From Gemmatimonadota bacterium (GTDB lineage Bacteria > Gemmatimonadota > Gemmatimonadetes > Gemmatimonadales > Gemmatimonadaceae), in assembly GCA_036676795.1 (NCBI GenBank), contig JAKFCC010000121.1, positions 28,813 to 92,812 on the forward strand: a DNA stretch of 64,000 bases. The letters run 5' to 3'. The position numbers and the translations under genes are program-made. Every line of letters begins with the position of its first letter. Position 1 is the first letter of the stretch. Under the pieces are notes generated by a model, which saw nothing but the letters and a program-made list of their open reading frames with translations, was not told the origin of the DNA and did no database searches. Shown here in pieces: positions 54,468-63,951 of this stretch.

Positions 54468-55021
54468 AGATCACCCAAACCGAGCTTCCCGGCGTCCTGT
54501 TGATCGAACCTGATGTTTTTGTGGACGAGCGCGGATATTTCCTCGAAGGATGGCATCACCGCAAATATGCCGACGCTGGCATTCCCGAAATCTTCGTCCA
54601 GGACAACATCTCCTGTTCCGTGAAAGGAGTGCTTCGCGGCATTCATTTTCAGAATCCGGGAGAGCAGGGCAAGCTGGTGGCAGTTCGGCACGGCGCCGTC
54701 TTTGACGTGGCGGTTGACCTGAGGACGGATAGCCCGACTTTCAAGCGATGGGTTGGCGTCGAGCTCTCGGAAGAGAACAAGAAGCAGCTTTTTATTCCTC
54801 CTGGTTTTGGACACGGATTCAGCGTCCTTTCCGAAAAAGCTGTCTTCGTTTACAAGTGCACTGAATATTACCAGAAGGAATTCGAGCACACCCTGCGCTG
54901 GGACGACCCGGATGTCGCAGTGGAGTGGCCGGGAGGGCCGCATATCATGTCAGCAAAGGACGCCGCTGCACCCTTGCTGAGAGATCTTCCCGAGGATGCG
55001 CTGCCGAAGACGATTCGGTGA
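54464..55021 (+). CDS. rmlC: dTDP-4-dehydrorhamnose 3,5-epimerase
   Basis: [19 protein letters not shown]...RGIHFQ...[19 protein letters not shown]...[10 protein letters not shown]. Confidence 0.95.
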   Translation: MKITQTELPGVLLIEPDVFVDERGYFLEGWHHRKYADAGIPEIFVQDNISCSVKGVLRGIHFQNPGEQGKLVAVRHGAVFDVAVDLRTDSPTFKRWVGVELSEENKKQLFIPPGFGHGFSVLSEKAVFVYKCTEYYQKEFEHTLRWDDPDVAVEWPGGPHIMSAKDAAAPLLRDLPEDALPKTIR

Positions 55022-55908
55022 ACCGGAGCGATGTGGGCGCCGTCCTGATAACGGGCGCCACGGGACAGGTCGGCTATCAGCTTCTGAATGAACTCTCGGG
55101 CCGGGTCCAGATTCTCTCACCTTCCCGGTCGGAGCTTGACCTGCTCTCGGAAAGCAGCATTCGCCGCTATCTGGACGCCAATACGCCCCGGCTCATTTTC
55201 AACGCGGCGGCCTACACGGCGGTTGATCGCGCTGAATCCGACAGTGACGCGGCCAGGAAGGTCAACGCGATCGCACCCGAGATAATGGCCAATTGGGCGC
55301 ACCGCGCGGGGGCTGGCTTCATTCATTTTTCCACGGACTACGTGTTCAACGGGGAGAAACGGTCTCCCTATGTTGAAGAAGACCCGACCTCCCCGTTGAA
55401 TGTTTACGGCCAGACGAAAAGGGAGGGCGAGCTCGCGGTCATGGCGGCGCACCTGCGCCCGGTTATCCTGAGAACGAGCTGGGTTTACGGACCGCGCGGG
55501 GCCAACTTTCTGCTCACGATGGTTAGACTTGGAAAGACAAACCCGGAGCTCAGGGTGGTGAACGACCAGGTTGGGGCACCGACGTCGAGTGCGGCGCTCG
55601 CTAAGGCGGCAGTCGCGATTGCAGATACTCTGGTACAGGATTCGGATGTGCCGACAAAGTCGGGCATCTACCATCTGACTGCGTCGGGGTCAACGACGTG
55701 GGCAGGTTTTGCAGAAGAGATCTTTTCGTACTCGCCTGTCAAGCCTCCGCGGATTGTCGGCATTGCAACTTCGGAGTATCCGACTCCCGCAAGGCGGCCC
55801 GCTTACTCATTGCTCGACAATGCACGCGTGCAACGTGACTTTGGCGTGAGCCTGCCCAGCTGGAAAGAACAGCTCGGTGATGTCATGCGGGGATTTCGGT
55901 GGGAGTAG
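55018..55908 (+). CDS. rmlD: dTDP-4-dehydrorhamnose reductase
   Basis: GTG 55018 (GTGA overlap with rmlC). VLITGATGQVGYQL...AAYTAVDRAE...HFSTDYVFNG...YGQTKREGE. Confidence 0.9.
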   Translation: MNRSDVGAVLITGATGQVGYQLLNELSGRVQILSPSRSELDLLSESSIRRYLDANTPRLIFNAAAYTAVDRAESDSDAARKVNAIAPEIMANWAHRAGAGFIHFSTDYVFNGEKRSPYVEEDPTSPLNVYGQTKREGELAVMAAHLRPVILRTSWVYGPRGANFLLTMVRLGKTNPELRVVNDQVGAPTSSAALAKAAVAIADTLVQDSDVPTKSGIYHLTASGSTTWAGFAEEIFSYSPVKPPRIVGIATSEYPTPARRPAYSLLDNARVQRDFGVSLPSWKEQLGDVMRGFRWE

Positions 55909-57149
55909 TTGCCAGTGTAATTGCGCTGCTGCTCGCGCTCATCAACTTCTCGCGCTTTCGAGATCCGCTTTACCCGCCGGTGATCCACTCCGGGGTATGG
56001 TTCATCGTAATGAGCGCGTACGAATTAATGCGCCCGTCAGTCATCGACATACCATTTTCCGGCCATCTGATTTTTCTTGGTGGTCTCGTCGCGTTTTCAA
56101 CGGGAGCGTTCGTGTCCTCCTATGGCATGCGGACGCCGTCGTTCGAACCGCCGGAGAAGCTGGAAAAGCCGGCACGAGCTGTAGGAGACCTGCTGCTCAC
56201 CGTGTCCGCGGTTGGCCTCGCCCTGTTCACAGTTCGAGCCCTCTCGCTCGCGTCGAGCGGTCCATTCGACAACTTTCTGGTGAACATCCGATTCGTGACC
56301 GGCGGCAACAATTTGATGGACGTCGATCCGCTGGATTCGTTCGGTCCGACAGCCTATCTGGTGCCGCTCAGCGTCATAGTGATCGGCCTTCAATTCTTTC
56401 TGATCGACGAAGTCAGGGGTCGCTGGCGCTACTACCTGAGTATCCTGCTGGCTCTCGCTTATGCCGTGCTCGCAACAGGTCGCACCTACCTGATGATCAT
56501 TGCGCTGGTCATACTGGGGTTGAACCTGATATCGAGGAAGATGCGGGCAGCCCGCGGTCTCGCGCTTTTTTCGGGTGCTTCAGCAGCGCTGTTTATCGTA
56601 ATGGGGCTCGCTCTTGGCAAGATTGCGGGCTTCACCGGCGAACAGGTACTCGAGCAGGTTCAGATCTATACCCTGAATGCGCTCGGTGCATTCGGTCAGC
56701 ATATCCAGACTGCGCGCACATTCGAGTGGGGCGTCAATGTCTTTCGCACACCATTGATTCTCGCGCACTTCATCGGGATCGATGTGGCCGTCCCTGAACT
56801 CGTCAAGGAATACCGGTACGTGCCGCTGCCGACCAATGTCTACACCTTCTACCGTCCCTACTTCGATGACTTCGGTTACGTAGGAACGATGGTGGCCGCG
56901 CTACTCGCCGGTTACGGCCACGGTTATGTGTACAGGAAGGCCTGCCGAGGGAGCAGCAGGGCAATGCTGGCCTACGCACTTCTCCTGTATCCACTCATAA
57001 TGCAGTTCTTCCAGGACCAGTACTTCAGCCTGTTCTCAAGCTGGGTTCAGTACACATTCTGGATTCTGCTTGGTTTTGCCGGGGCGCGAGAGTTCATTTT
57101 CGTTCCGCGCCTTGATGCTGCGCGGTCCCCCAGGCTTTCAGGCCCATGA
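55899..57149 (+). CDS. O-antigen / oligosaccharide repeat-unit polymerase (Wzy-like)
   Basis: About 10 or more TM segments with a central loop. Placed between rmlD and a GT2, with overlaps at both ends. Confidence 0.6.
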   Translation: MGVVASVIALLLALINFSRFRDPLYPPVIHSGVWFIVMSAYELMRPSVIDIPFSGHLIFLGGLVAFSTGAFVSSYGMRTPSFEPPEKLEKPARAVGDLLLTVSAVGLALFTVRALSLASSGPFDNFLVNIRFVTGGNNLMDVDPLDSFGPTAYLVPLSVIVIGLQFFLIDEVRGRWRYYLSILLALAYAVLATGRTYLMIIALVILGLNLISRKMRAARGLALFSGASAALFIVMGLALGKIAGFTGEQVLEQVQIYTLNALGAFGQHIQTARTFEWGVNVFRTPLILAHFIGIDVAVPELVKEYRYVPLPTNVYTFYRPYFDDFGYVGTMVAALLAGYGHGYVYRKACRGSSRAMLAYALLLYPLIMQFFQDQYFSLFSSWVQYTFWILLGFAGAREFIFVPRLDAARSPRLSGP

Positions 57150-58105
57150 CGAGCCGGGCATCTGTCGATGTAGTGATCGTGAACTGGAATGCCGGAGACC
57201 ATCTCAGGAAGTGCGTTGAGTCCGTGCTCTCCATGCGTTCTGTGCCGGGACTGGATATCAGGGTGACAGTCGTGGACAACGCCTCGAGTGACAGGTCTCT
57301 GGACTCGTTGCCAGGCTCGGGCCTGGAGATCATCCGGAATACCGCCAACATCGGCTTTGCGGCTGGATGCAACCAGGGCGCGCGAAAGGGCAGTTCGGAA
57401 TTCGTGCTTTTCCTGAATCCGGACATGATCCTGACCGACTCTGCGGCGCTCACGGTGCCCGTCGATTTCCTGCGGGCGACACCAGCAGCAGGCATTTGCG
57501 GTATTCAGCTGCGAGACGGTAAGGGACAGGTAACGAGATCGTCGACCCGGTTTCCCACGCCGCGCCGGATATTTGGCTGGTCGCTGGGGCTGGACAGGTT
57601 GTTCCCCAGAATTTTTCCTCCGCAGTTCATCACCGATTTCGACCATACGACATCGCGGGAAGTGGACGTTGTCATGGGCGCGTTTTTCTTCATGCGAAGG
57701 ACAGTTTTCGAGAGGCTCGGCGGGTTCGACACCCGGTACTTTGTGTATTACGAGGAAGTGGACCTGGCTCGGCGCGCGAAGCACGCCGGGTATGCATGCT
57801 GGTTCCTCGCCGAGGCCTCCGCAACCCATTCCGGCCACGGCACAACCGACCAGATTCGGTCAACTCGATACTTCCTGTCGGCGCGGAGCAGGGTACAGTA
57901 CGCCCTGGCCCACTTCAGGGGTCTCGGCGGACCTCTTTCAGCGGCAATGACCATAGTGGTCGAGCCAATCATTAGATTGGCGTTCATGCTTGCGAGTGGT
58001 AATTTTGCTGCTGTATTCCAGACGGTGGCCGGTGCCCGTATGCTCCTCGGGTGGGTGTCCCGCGGAATGCCCATTGAAAATGCGAAGGTTTCGATCAAAG
58101 CATGA
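57146..58105 (+). CDS. Glycosyltransferase family 2 (rhamnosyltransferase-like)
   Basis: VDVVIVNWNAGDHLRKCVESVLS...VVDNASSDRS...NIGFAAGCNQGA...LNPD. Confidence 0.8.
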   Translation: MTSRASVDVVIVNWNAGDHLRKCVESVLSMRSVPGLDIRVTVVDNASSDRSLDSLPGSGLEIIRNTANIGFAAGCNQGARKGSSEFVLFLNPDMILTDSAALTVPVDFLRATPAAGICGIQLRDGKGQVTRSSTRFPTPRRIFGWSLGLDRLFPRIFPPQFITDFDHTTSREVDVVMGAFFFMRRTVFERLGGFDTRYFVYYEEVDLARRAKHAGYACWFLAEASATHSGHGTTDQIRSTRYFLSARSRVQYALAHFRGLGGPLSAAMTIVVEPIIRLAFMLASGNFAAVFQTVAGARMLLGWVSRGMPIENAKVSIKA

Positions 58106-59214
58106 ACTCTGATTCTGAAGAACAGTCTGGATTTCTGGCGGCTCTGGTGCCTCTCATCAACGGATGGAAGGCAATTGTGCTGTTCGCCCTTCTCGGAGGG
58201 CTGACGGCCGCAGGCATAATCCTGTACAGAGGGGATCGGTATCGAGCCAGCGTATCCCTTGTTTCAGTTCAAAGTGCAAAGAGCGGAAGTCTTGGGGGCG
58301 TAGGCGGACTCGCCGCAGCTGCGTCACTCCTTGGCGGCGGGGCGAACGGAATTGGGCTTCAGTCGTCGCCGGCGCTCGTGGTCAAGTTCGCAGATCTGGA
58401 TGGCGTCCTGTCTTCGGTTGCGTTGTCGCCAGTCGCGCCGGGTGCGAAGGAACTGGTTATCGAAAGGATGACGGGCGACCCCGCATCTACGATTCAGCTG
58501 AACAGAATTCCGCGGATCATGCGCAAGCACATGCATGCGTCATACGACCGCACGACCGGCATTATCGAAATTGAGACCACGCACAAGGACAGCGCGCTCG
58601 CCAGGACAGTGGTGACCCGGGTCCTGGAACAGACCAAGTCCGCGTTCCTGAGAGCGGTCCGTTCACAGGCTACCGAGATGCGTGAGGCGCAGGAACGGAG
58701 AGTTGAACTTGCCTCGGCGGAAATGAATCGTGCCGAAATGGCGATGCAGTCGTTCTTGAGCGGTAATCGTCAGTTCCAGAAGTATTCCAACGCCTCGATC
58801 GAGCAGACCCGCCTGCAGCGTCAGCTGGAGCAGGCCCAGGAAGTCTACAATAATGCAATCGCAGACCGTGAAAACGCGCGAGGCAAGGAACTCGAGGAAA
58901 CGCCTTCCGTAGCCGTGATCGATCCGCTTCCGGCGAAGATTCCTCCCGTTGAGCGGCATCTTGGTTCGATTTCGCTCGTGACAGCGCTCGTGTGCGCGCT
59001 GCTGGCTGCGCTGATCGTTCTCATGCGGGATGCATTCCGGCGACGACTGGATCGCCACGACCTGGCTGCGATGGGTGTTGCGGAGAGCCTGGGACGCATC
59101 CCCTTGATCGGGATGCTGGTGCCACCAGTTCCGGTTCGCGCTCCGTACGTCGCACAGGAGCCGCTCACGCCGGCCCCGCGTTCGCCGCGTCCCGGAACGG
59201 GTACTCACGGCTGA
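58102..59214 (+). CDS. Wzz/GumC-type chain-length determinant-like protein with a proline-rich C-terminal tail
   Basis: N-terminal TM WKAIVLFALLGGLTAAGIILY. Coiled-coil region. C-terminal TM ISLVTALVCALLAALIVLM. No Walker-A kinase domain. Confidence 0.65.
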   Translation: MNSDSEEQSGFLAALVPLINGWKAIVLFALLGGLTAAGIILYRGDRYRASVSLVSVQSAKSGSLGGVGGLAAAASLLGGGANGIGLQSSPALVVKFADLDGVLSSVALSPVAPGAKELVIERMTGDPASTIQLNRIPRIMRKHMHASYDRTTGIIEIETTHKDSALARTVVTRVLEQTKSAFLRAVRSQATEMREAQERRVELASAEMNRAEMAMQSFLSGNRQFQKYSNASIEQTRLQRQLEQAQEVYNNAIADRENARGKELEETPSVAVIDPLPAKIPPVERHLGSISLVTALVCALLAALIVLMRDAFRRRLDRHDLAAMGVAESLGRIPLIGMLVPPVPVRAPYVAQEPLTPAPRSPRPGTGTHG

Positions 59215-59224
59215 CCATTGCCGC

Positions 59225-59255
59225 CTGGACCCTTATATGGGTCCAGTGATTTTCC
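59225..59255 (+). terminator. Rho-independent terminator of the 51512-59214 operon
   Basis: Perfect 8-bp stem CTGGACCC (59225-59232) / GGGTCCAG (59239-59246) with a 6-nt loop TTATAT, followed by TGATTTT. Lies 11 nt after the stop, in a convergent intergenic gap. Confidence 0.75.
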
Positions 59256-59273
59256 CCAAGTGTTTCGGGCCGG

Positions 59274-60290
59274 TCAGGAAATTGATCTGCCCATCTGTCG
59301 AACCAGGGGGGCGAGGATCGCGTGTCTGCGGCGCTGCGGCAGTCCTGCACGGTTGAGAATCGAGAGGATTCGTGCGAGCCTGATGGAACCGGCGGCGTTT
59401 AGTCCCCTGACGCAGCCAGTCCCTTCCGCCTCCGAGGCCGCTGATATCCATCCCCAGAGAAGCATTCTTCGGTAGGCTTTTCGAGCTGCTGCTTTCATCG
59501 CGCTCAGGAATTCAATATCGGCAGGCCAGCGCGCACCGAAGTCGCCGAGATATTTCTCGAATGCATTGCGCAGCAGCGACACCGATTCTGTCATGGGAAT
59601 GTTCGATGCATTTTTTCCGTGCAATCGGAGTTTCATGAGCGGCTCGCGGATCAATAGTACGTCCCATCGCTCTGCGATCTCCATCAGGACTGAATAGTCG
59701 CCGAAATGCATGGACAGGCGCTCGTCGAACCCGGATTCACTGAAAGCTTCCCTCCGAAAAACGACTCCGGGCAGCGGAACCGGGTTGCGGCCGGACTGCA
59801 TCACCTCGAGAATGAACTCCCGTCCCGGTCGCACCTCCGTCTTCTTGATCAGGCGTCGCAGGCCCTCATTGCGTCCCTCAGCATCGATGATCATGTAGTT
59901 GCTTCCGGCGAATCCAGCGCGCGGGTTTCGGTCGAGAAGCTCCACAGAGCGGCTCAGGAAATCAGGCTCGTAGACATCGTCATCGTGAAAAAAGGCCACA
60001 TATTCGCCACGCGCTTCGCGCAACCCGACGTTGAAGTTTGCGAACATGGGGACACGCTCACTTCTCACCACGCGGCGGCGGCCGTCCGCCGCAGCAATTT
60101 CCCGGAATACACGAGCCGCTTCTTCAGGGCTGCCAGAGTCGAGGATGAGGACCTCGTAGTCCTGCAGGGTCTGGGATTCCAGGGACTTCAGGGTTTCACC
60201 CAGGTAAGTGAGACGCCCAATTGTCGGAATACAGATAGTAACTTTCGGCTTGGCCAATTCGGTTGATCGCTTGCGACGGTGAGCGCTCAT
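59274..60290 (-). CDS. Glycosyltransferase family 2
   Basis: KVTICIPTIGRLTYLGETLKSLESQTLQDYEVLILDSGS...FFHDDDVY (DxD). Confidence 0.8.
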   Translation of the reverse strand: MSAHRRKRSTELAKPKVTICIPTIGRLTYLGETLKSLESQTLQDYEVLILDSGSPEEAARVFREIAAADGRRRVVRSERVPMFANFNVGLREARGEYVAFFHDDDVYEPDFLSRSVELLDRNPRAGFAGSNYMIIDAEGRNEGLRRLIKKTEVRPGREFILEVMQSGRNPVPLPGVVFRREAFSESGFDERLSMHFGDYSVLMEIAERWDVLLIREPLMKLRLHGKNASNIPMTESVSLLRNAFEKYLGDFGARWPADIEFLSAMKAAARKAYRRMLLWGWISAASEAEGTGCVRGLNAAGSIRLARILSILNRAGLPQRRRHAILAPLVRQMGRSIS

Positions 60291-60388
60291 TGCTGCTTAA
60301 TCTTCAAAATTAATACGCCGCGGAAAATGCAGGTAACTTCAGCGACTATGCAAATGCCCCTTATCTCCCTTAGCGGCTGGAAAGAATC
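60291..60388. promoter_or_regulatory. Divergent promoter region (GT2 versus AsnB-like paralogue 3)
   Basis: 98-bp AT-enriched gap (…TTAATCTTCAAAATTAATAC…) between divergent starts. Confidence 0.4.
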
Positions 60389-62257
60389 ATGTGCGGCATA
60401 GCCGGACTGGTTGGGCGCCCGCCCGAACATGCGCTGCCGCGAGTCAGGGAGGCGCTTCAGCGCATCGCCCACCGCGGGCCGGATGGGGAGGGAGTGCATC
60501 AGTCGGCCAATGCGACTATCGGAATGCGCCGCCTCGCGATCATCGATCTTCAGTGCGGCGATCAGCCGCTCTACAATGAAGACCGTTCGGTAGCGGTGGT
60601 TTGCAACGGTGAGCTTTACAACTATGTGGAAGCTTTTCGAACGCTGCGTGCGCGCGGGCATGTCCTGCAGTCTGGGTCCGATATCAACCTCATCCCGCAT
60701 TTTTATGAGGATGATCCGGCCACTGCGTTCGATGAATGCAGGGGAATGTTCGCGGCAGCACTCTGGGACGAGAAACGACAATCGCTGACGCTCGCCCGCG
60801 ACAGGGCGGGCAAGAAGCCCCTTTTCTACGCTCAGTCGGGGGATTCGCTCGCCTTCGCGTCGGAGCTGCCGGCGCTGCTGGCAATGCTCGACCACTCGCC
60901 GGCAATCTCCAGTGCAGCGCTGGCAGACTATCTCTCGCTTGGGTTCATCCCGCACCCGTTGACGGTCTATGAGGGCGTGTTTTCGCTGCCTCCAGCGCAC
61001 ACTCTCACATTCCAGCCGGGCGGCACCCCGGTACTTCGAGAGTACTGGAGGATCCCGGAAGGGAATTCGTTCGAGGGCACCCGTGAGGACGCCATGCAGG
61101 TCCTCGACTCAAAGCTGGCCGAAGCGGTTGCCCTCAGGTTGAGAAGCGATGTCCCCGTCGGACTTTTTCTTTCAGGGGGGATCGACAGTGGCCTGGTTGC
61201 CTCCTATGCCGCGCAGGCAGGTGCTCGCGATCTCCTCTGCTTCGTGGTTCAGGTGGACGACCAGAAGCTCAATGAGGCGCCCGCCGCCCACCTCGTCGCG
61301 GGCAAGCTCGGTCTCCCAATTCAGACGATCGAACTTGACGTGAACCCACTCGAAGCTATCGGGAAGGTACCGCTCCTGTACGGGCAGCCATTCGCAGACT
61401 CCAGCGCTGTTCCGTCCTACTTCGTGTCGCGTGCGGCCGCTCAGCACCGCAAGGTCGTTCTTAACGGTGACGGAGGCGACGAGATCTTTGCAGGATACCG
61501 TCGCTATTGGATGGGACGCATGTCCCGCGCGATCGGCGCCATTCCCGGTCCGTTGGCAGGTGCTGCGAGAAGCTCGGGCCGAACACTCGCCGGCCACGCG
61601 CGCAGGTCAGCGGCGGGTTTCATGGCGAGGGCACTTCGAGGTTCTGGCGAGAATGAGTGGAACCGATATCTCATGTGGACGTCGGACCTGCTCTTGCCCG
61701 GCAACGTGAGCTCCATCTTTCCGGGACTTCCTGTTGACCCCGCCGGAAATTTTCAGCGCTACAGACAACGCCGCGTTTCAACAGCCGGCGTCGATGCGTT
61801 CCAAAAAACGGATTTCGGGCTGATTCTCGCAGACGATCTGCTTACCAAGATGGACATTGCTACAATGGCCAATTCGCTGGAGGCCAGGTCGCCCTTCCTG
61901 GACATCCCTTTGGCAGAGTTTGCGTGGAGCCTGCCCGACAGGTGGCGCAACTCGTTCACGGAAACGAAATCGATGTTGCGTGCGCTGGCGCTGACTCGCC
62001 TTCCGGCGCAGATAACGAGTGCGCCGAAACGGGGTTTCGAAGTGCCTGTAAAACGGTGGATCGAGTCTGATCTCAGTAGCGTTATCAGTGATCTGCTGAT
62101 GGCCGGCGACGGCAGAGTGGCGGCAATGTCTGACCGGGTAGCGCTCAATGCGTTCGTGAACCGGCGGGACGGCTTTGCGGGGAATCACTCGCAGATGATG
62201 TGGTCACTGCTTGTGCTGGAATTGTTTCTAAGGAGTCCGCAGCCGAAGCCCGCCTAG
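60389..62257 (+). CDS. Asparagine synthase (glutamine-hydrolysing)-family amidotransferase, paralogue 3
   Basis: MCGIAGLVGRP N-terminus. PP-loop VGLFLSGGIDSGLVA. Confidence 0.85.
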   Translation: MCGIAGLVGRPPEHALPRVREALQRIAHRGPDGEGVHQSANATIGMRRLAIIDLQCGDQPLYNEDRSVAVVCNGELYNYVEAFRTLRARGHVLQSGSDINLIPHFYEDDPATAFDECRGMFAAALWDEKRQSLTLARDRAGKKPLFYAQSGDSLAFASELPALLAMLDHSPAISSAALADYLSLGFIPHPLTVYEGVFSLPPAHTLTFQPGGTPVLREYWRIPEGNSFEGTREDAMQVLDSKLAEAVALRLRSDVPVGLFLSGGIDSGLVASYAAQAGARDLLCFVVQVDDQKLNEAPAAHLVAGKLGLPIQTIELDVNPLEAIGKVPLLYGQPFADSSAVPSYFVSRAAAQHRKVVLNGDGGDEIFAGYRRYWMGRMSRAIGAIPGPLAGAARSSGRTLAGHARRSAAGFMARALRGSGENEWNRYLMWTSDLLLPGNVSSIFPGLPVDPAGNFQRYRQRRVSTAGVDAFQKTDFGLILADDLLTKMDIATMANSLEARSPFLDIPLAEFAWSLPDRWRNSFTETKSMLRALALTRLPAQITSAPKRGFEVPVKRWIESDLSSVISDLLMAGDGRVAAMSDRVALNAFVNRRDGFAGNHSQMMWSLLVLELFLRSPQPKPA

Positions 62258-63951
62258 CGAATGTTGTAGCGGCCGCCAACCTCGATGTTGAAGTTGACCG
62301 CGTCGCTCGCGAAGTTGCGGTTGAATTGCCGGCTCGCGGTCCCGCTCAGCTTCAGGTCGATCGGTCCGCGGAAGAGAATCCGCTCCAGTGAAAGTGAATG
62401 CGTGACATCCATCGTGGACGGATTCACTACGCCGGTCGTGAAGAAACCCCCGGCTTCCTGGTTGACTGTCCTCGTCCACACCAGCGACATACTCCCGGAC
62501 GGAACGAACCGCTCGTATGCCAGGTTTGCGGAAGAGGCGGCTCCCACACCAATCGGTGCGCCCAGCAGCTGACCCCTGTGAGTGTGGCCCTGCCTTATTA
62601 CGGCGTGCGCATAAATCCCGCCCTCGTCCCTGTGTCGCGCCGTCGCGGGCAGTGCAAAACTGATCACCTCTGCCCGTATTGCCGACAGCAGACCGGCTGA
62701 ATGGCTCAGCACCTTTCGGCCACCCAGCATGTATGACCTCGAGTGATCCGGCTCGTTGACAAGATCGCGAAAGTCGTATGCGTGGTCATCGCGGCCATAC
62801 TCGAAATAGACTTCCGCGCCACTCCGAGGAAGAACCCAGCGCACAAAACCTGTGAGGATCTGATTGTCGCTTCCTCCCAGATCCGCGGGATCGTTCAGCC
62901 CATCTTCACTCAGGGAATTCTTCAGAAAATTCTGAAAGACCTTGGTGAAATATCCCGAGGGCAGGCCCGAACGTGGCCAGAGCGACTGAATGAAGCGCGT
63001 GGCGCCAATCTCGAGCCCCGGGATTCCATCCGGCTGGATGCTCAGGGCAATACCTGTCGCAAACCGGCGCGTGCCGGGTTGACTCAGACTGTAGAACGTT
63101 TCCGAACCCTGTACAGGTGAGTAATCAGACTGCGAAAGAACACCCCAGAGAATGTTCGAGTTTATTCTCGCAAAACCGATGTTGATGCCGTCGTTGGTGG
63201 AGGCAAAAGCGTGCGGGAAGCCCGGTGCGTTGCGGCCCAGTACGAACGGATATGAAACCGCGGGCCCCCAGATGCGATGCGCATTGGAAACGCCGGCCAT
63301 GAACCAGGGCATTTCCACTCTTAACTCCGACTCTCCGATGTCGGCCCGCGCGTACCCGCCGTCACCAAACCGCTGCGGGAGGTCGACACTGTTTGCAAAT
63401 GCAGGCTTTCCGCTGGCGAACCGTTCGTTCCCCGAGCGCCCGTTGTTCTGCAGCTCGAAGGCGGCGTTCTGCGCCCAGAAGATTACGGGGTTTACCTGCA
63501 GAATGATCGGACCCGCGCGCACCATCCCCCCGGCGTCCGCGGCGACTGTGACTCCACGCCCGGCCCATACCGCTCCATCGTCCTCGCCGCTTGGAAAATG
63601 CGAGTTGCCAATCGCCGAAGCGCTGACGGGAAGAACCAGGAAGTCAAAAAATTTCCCGGAAGGATGGGCAGAGTCGAAACGCGCCGCCCACGGATTTGCT
63701 ATCGAGGGGAAGAGAAGGGCGGAGCGGCGAATGGAGAGCTCCCTTATCCCCAGACCGGTCAATGTCGATCCGCCAATCGACTGTACATAACGCAGGTAGT
63801 TCTCGGCGTCACTGCCCGGCAGGATTGCGCTGGCGTTCCGCACGCCATTCGTTTGGGCAGCCGCATTGGTCGGACTCGCGCTCACCAGTCCGGCGAACAT
63901 CAAGCAGTACGACGCTATCACTAATCCCTGACGATATCTACCTTTCGTCAT
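62254..63951 (-). CDS. Wzi-like capsule-assembly outer-membrane protein, paralogue 3
   Basis: Signal peptide-like MTKGRYRQGLVIASYCLMFAGLVSASPTNAAAQ. NSHFPSGEDDGAVWAGRG, RIWGPA, AEVYFEYGRDDH and EPDHSRSY match paralogues 1 and 2. Confidence 0.55.
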   Translation of the reverse strand: MTKGRYRQGLVIASYCLMFAGLVSASPTNAAAQTNGVRNASAILPGSDAENYLRYVQSIGGSTLTGLGIRELSIRRSALLFPSIANPWAARFDSAHPSGKFFDFLVLPVSASAIGNSHFPSGEDDGAVWAGRGVTVAADAGGMVRAGPIILQVNPVIFWAQNAAFELQNNGRSGNERFASGKPAFANSVDLPQRFGDGGYARADIGESELRVEMPWFMAGVSNAHRIWGPAVSYPFVLGRNAPGFPHAFASTNDGINIGFARINSNILWGVLSQSDYSPVQGSETFYSLSQPGTRRFATGIALSIQPDGIPGLEIGATRFIQSLWPRSGLPSGYFTKVFQNFLKNSLSEDGLNDPADLGGSDNQILTGFVRWVLPRSGAEVYFEYGRDDHAYDFRDLVNEPDHSRSYMLGGRKVLSHSAGLLSAIRAEVISFALPATARHRDEGGIYAHAVIRQGHTHRGQLLGAPIGVGAASSANLAYERFVPSGSMSLVWTRTVNQEAGGFFTTGVVNPSTMDVTHSLSLERILFRGPIDLKLSGTASRQFNRNFASDAVNFNIEVGGRYNIR

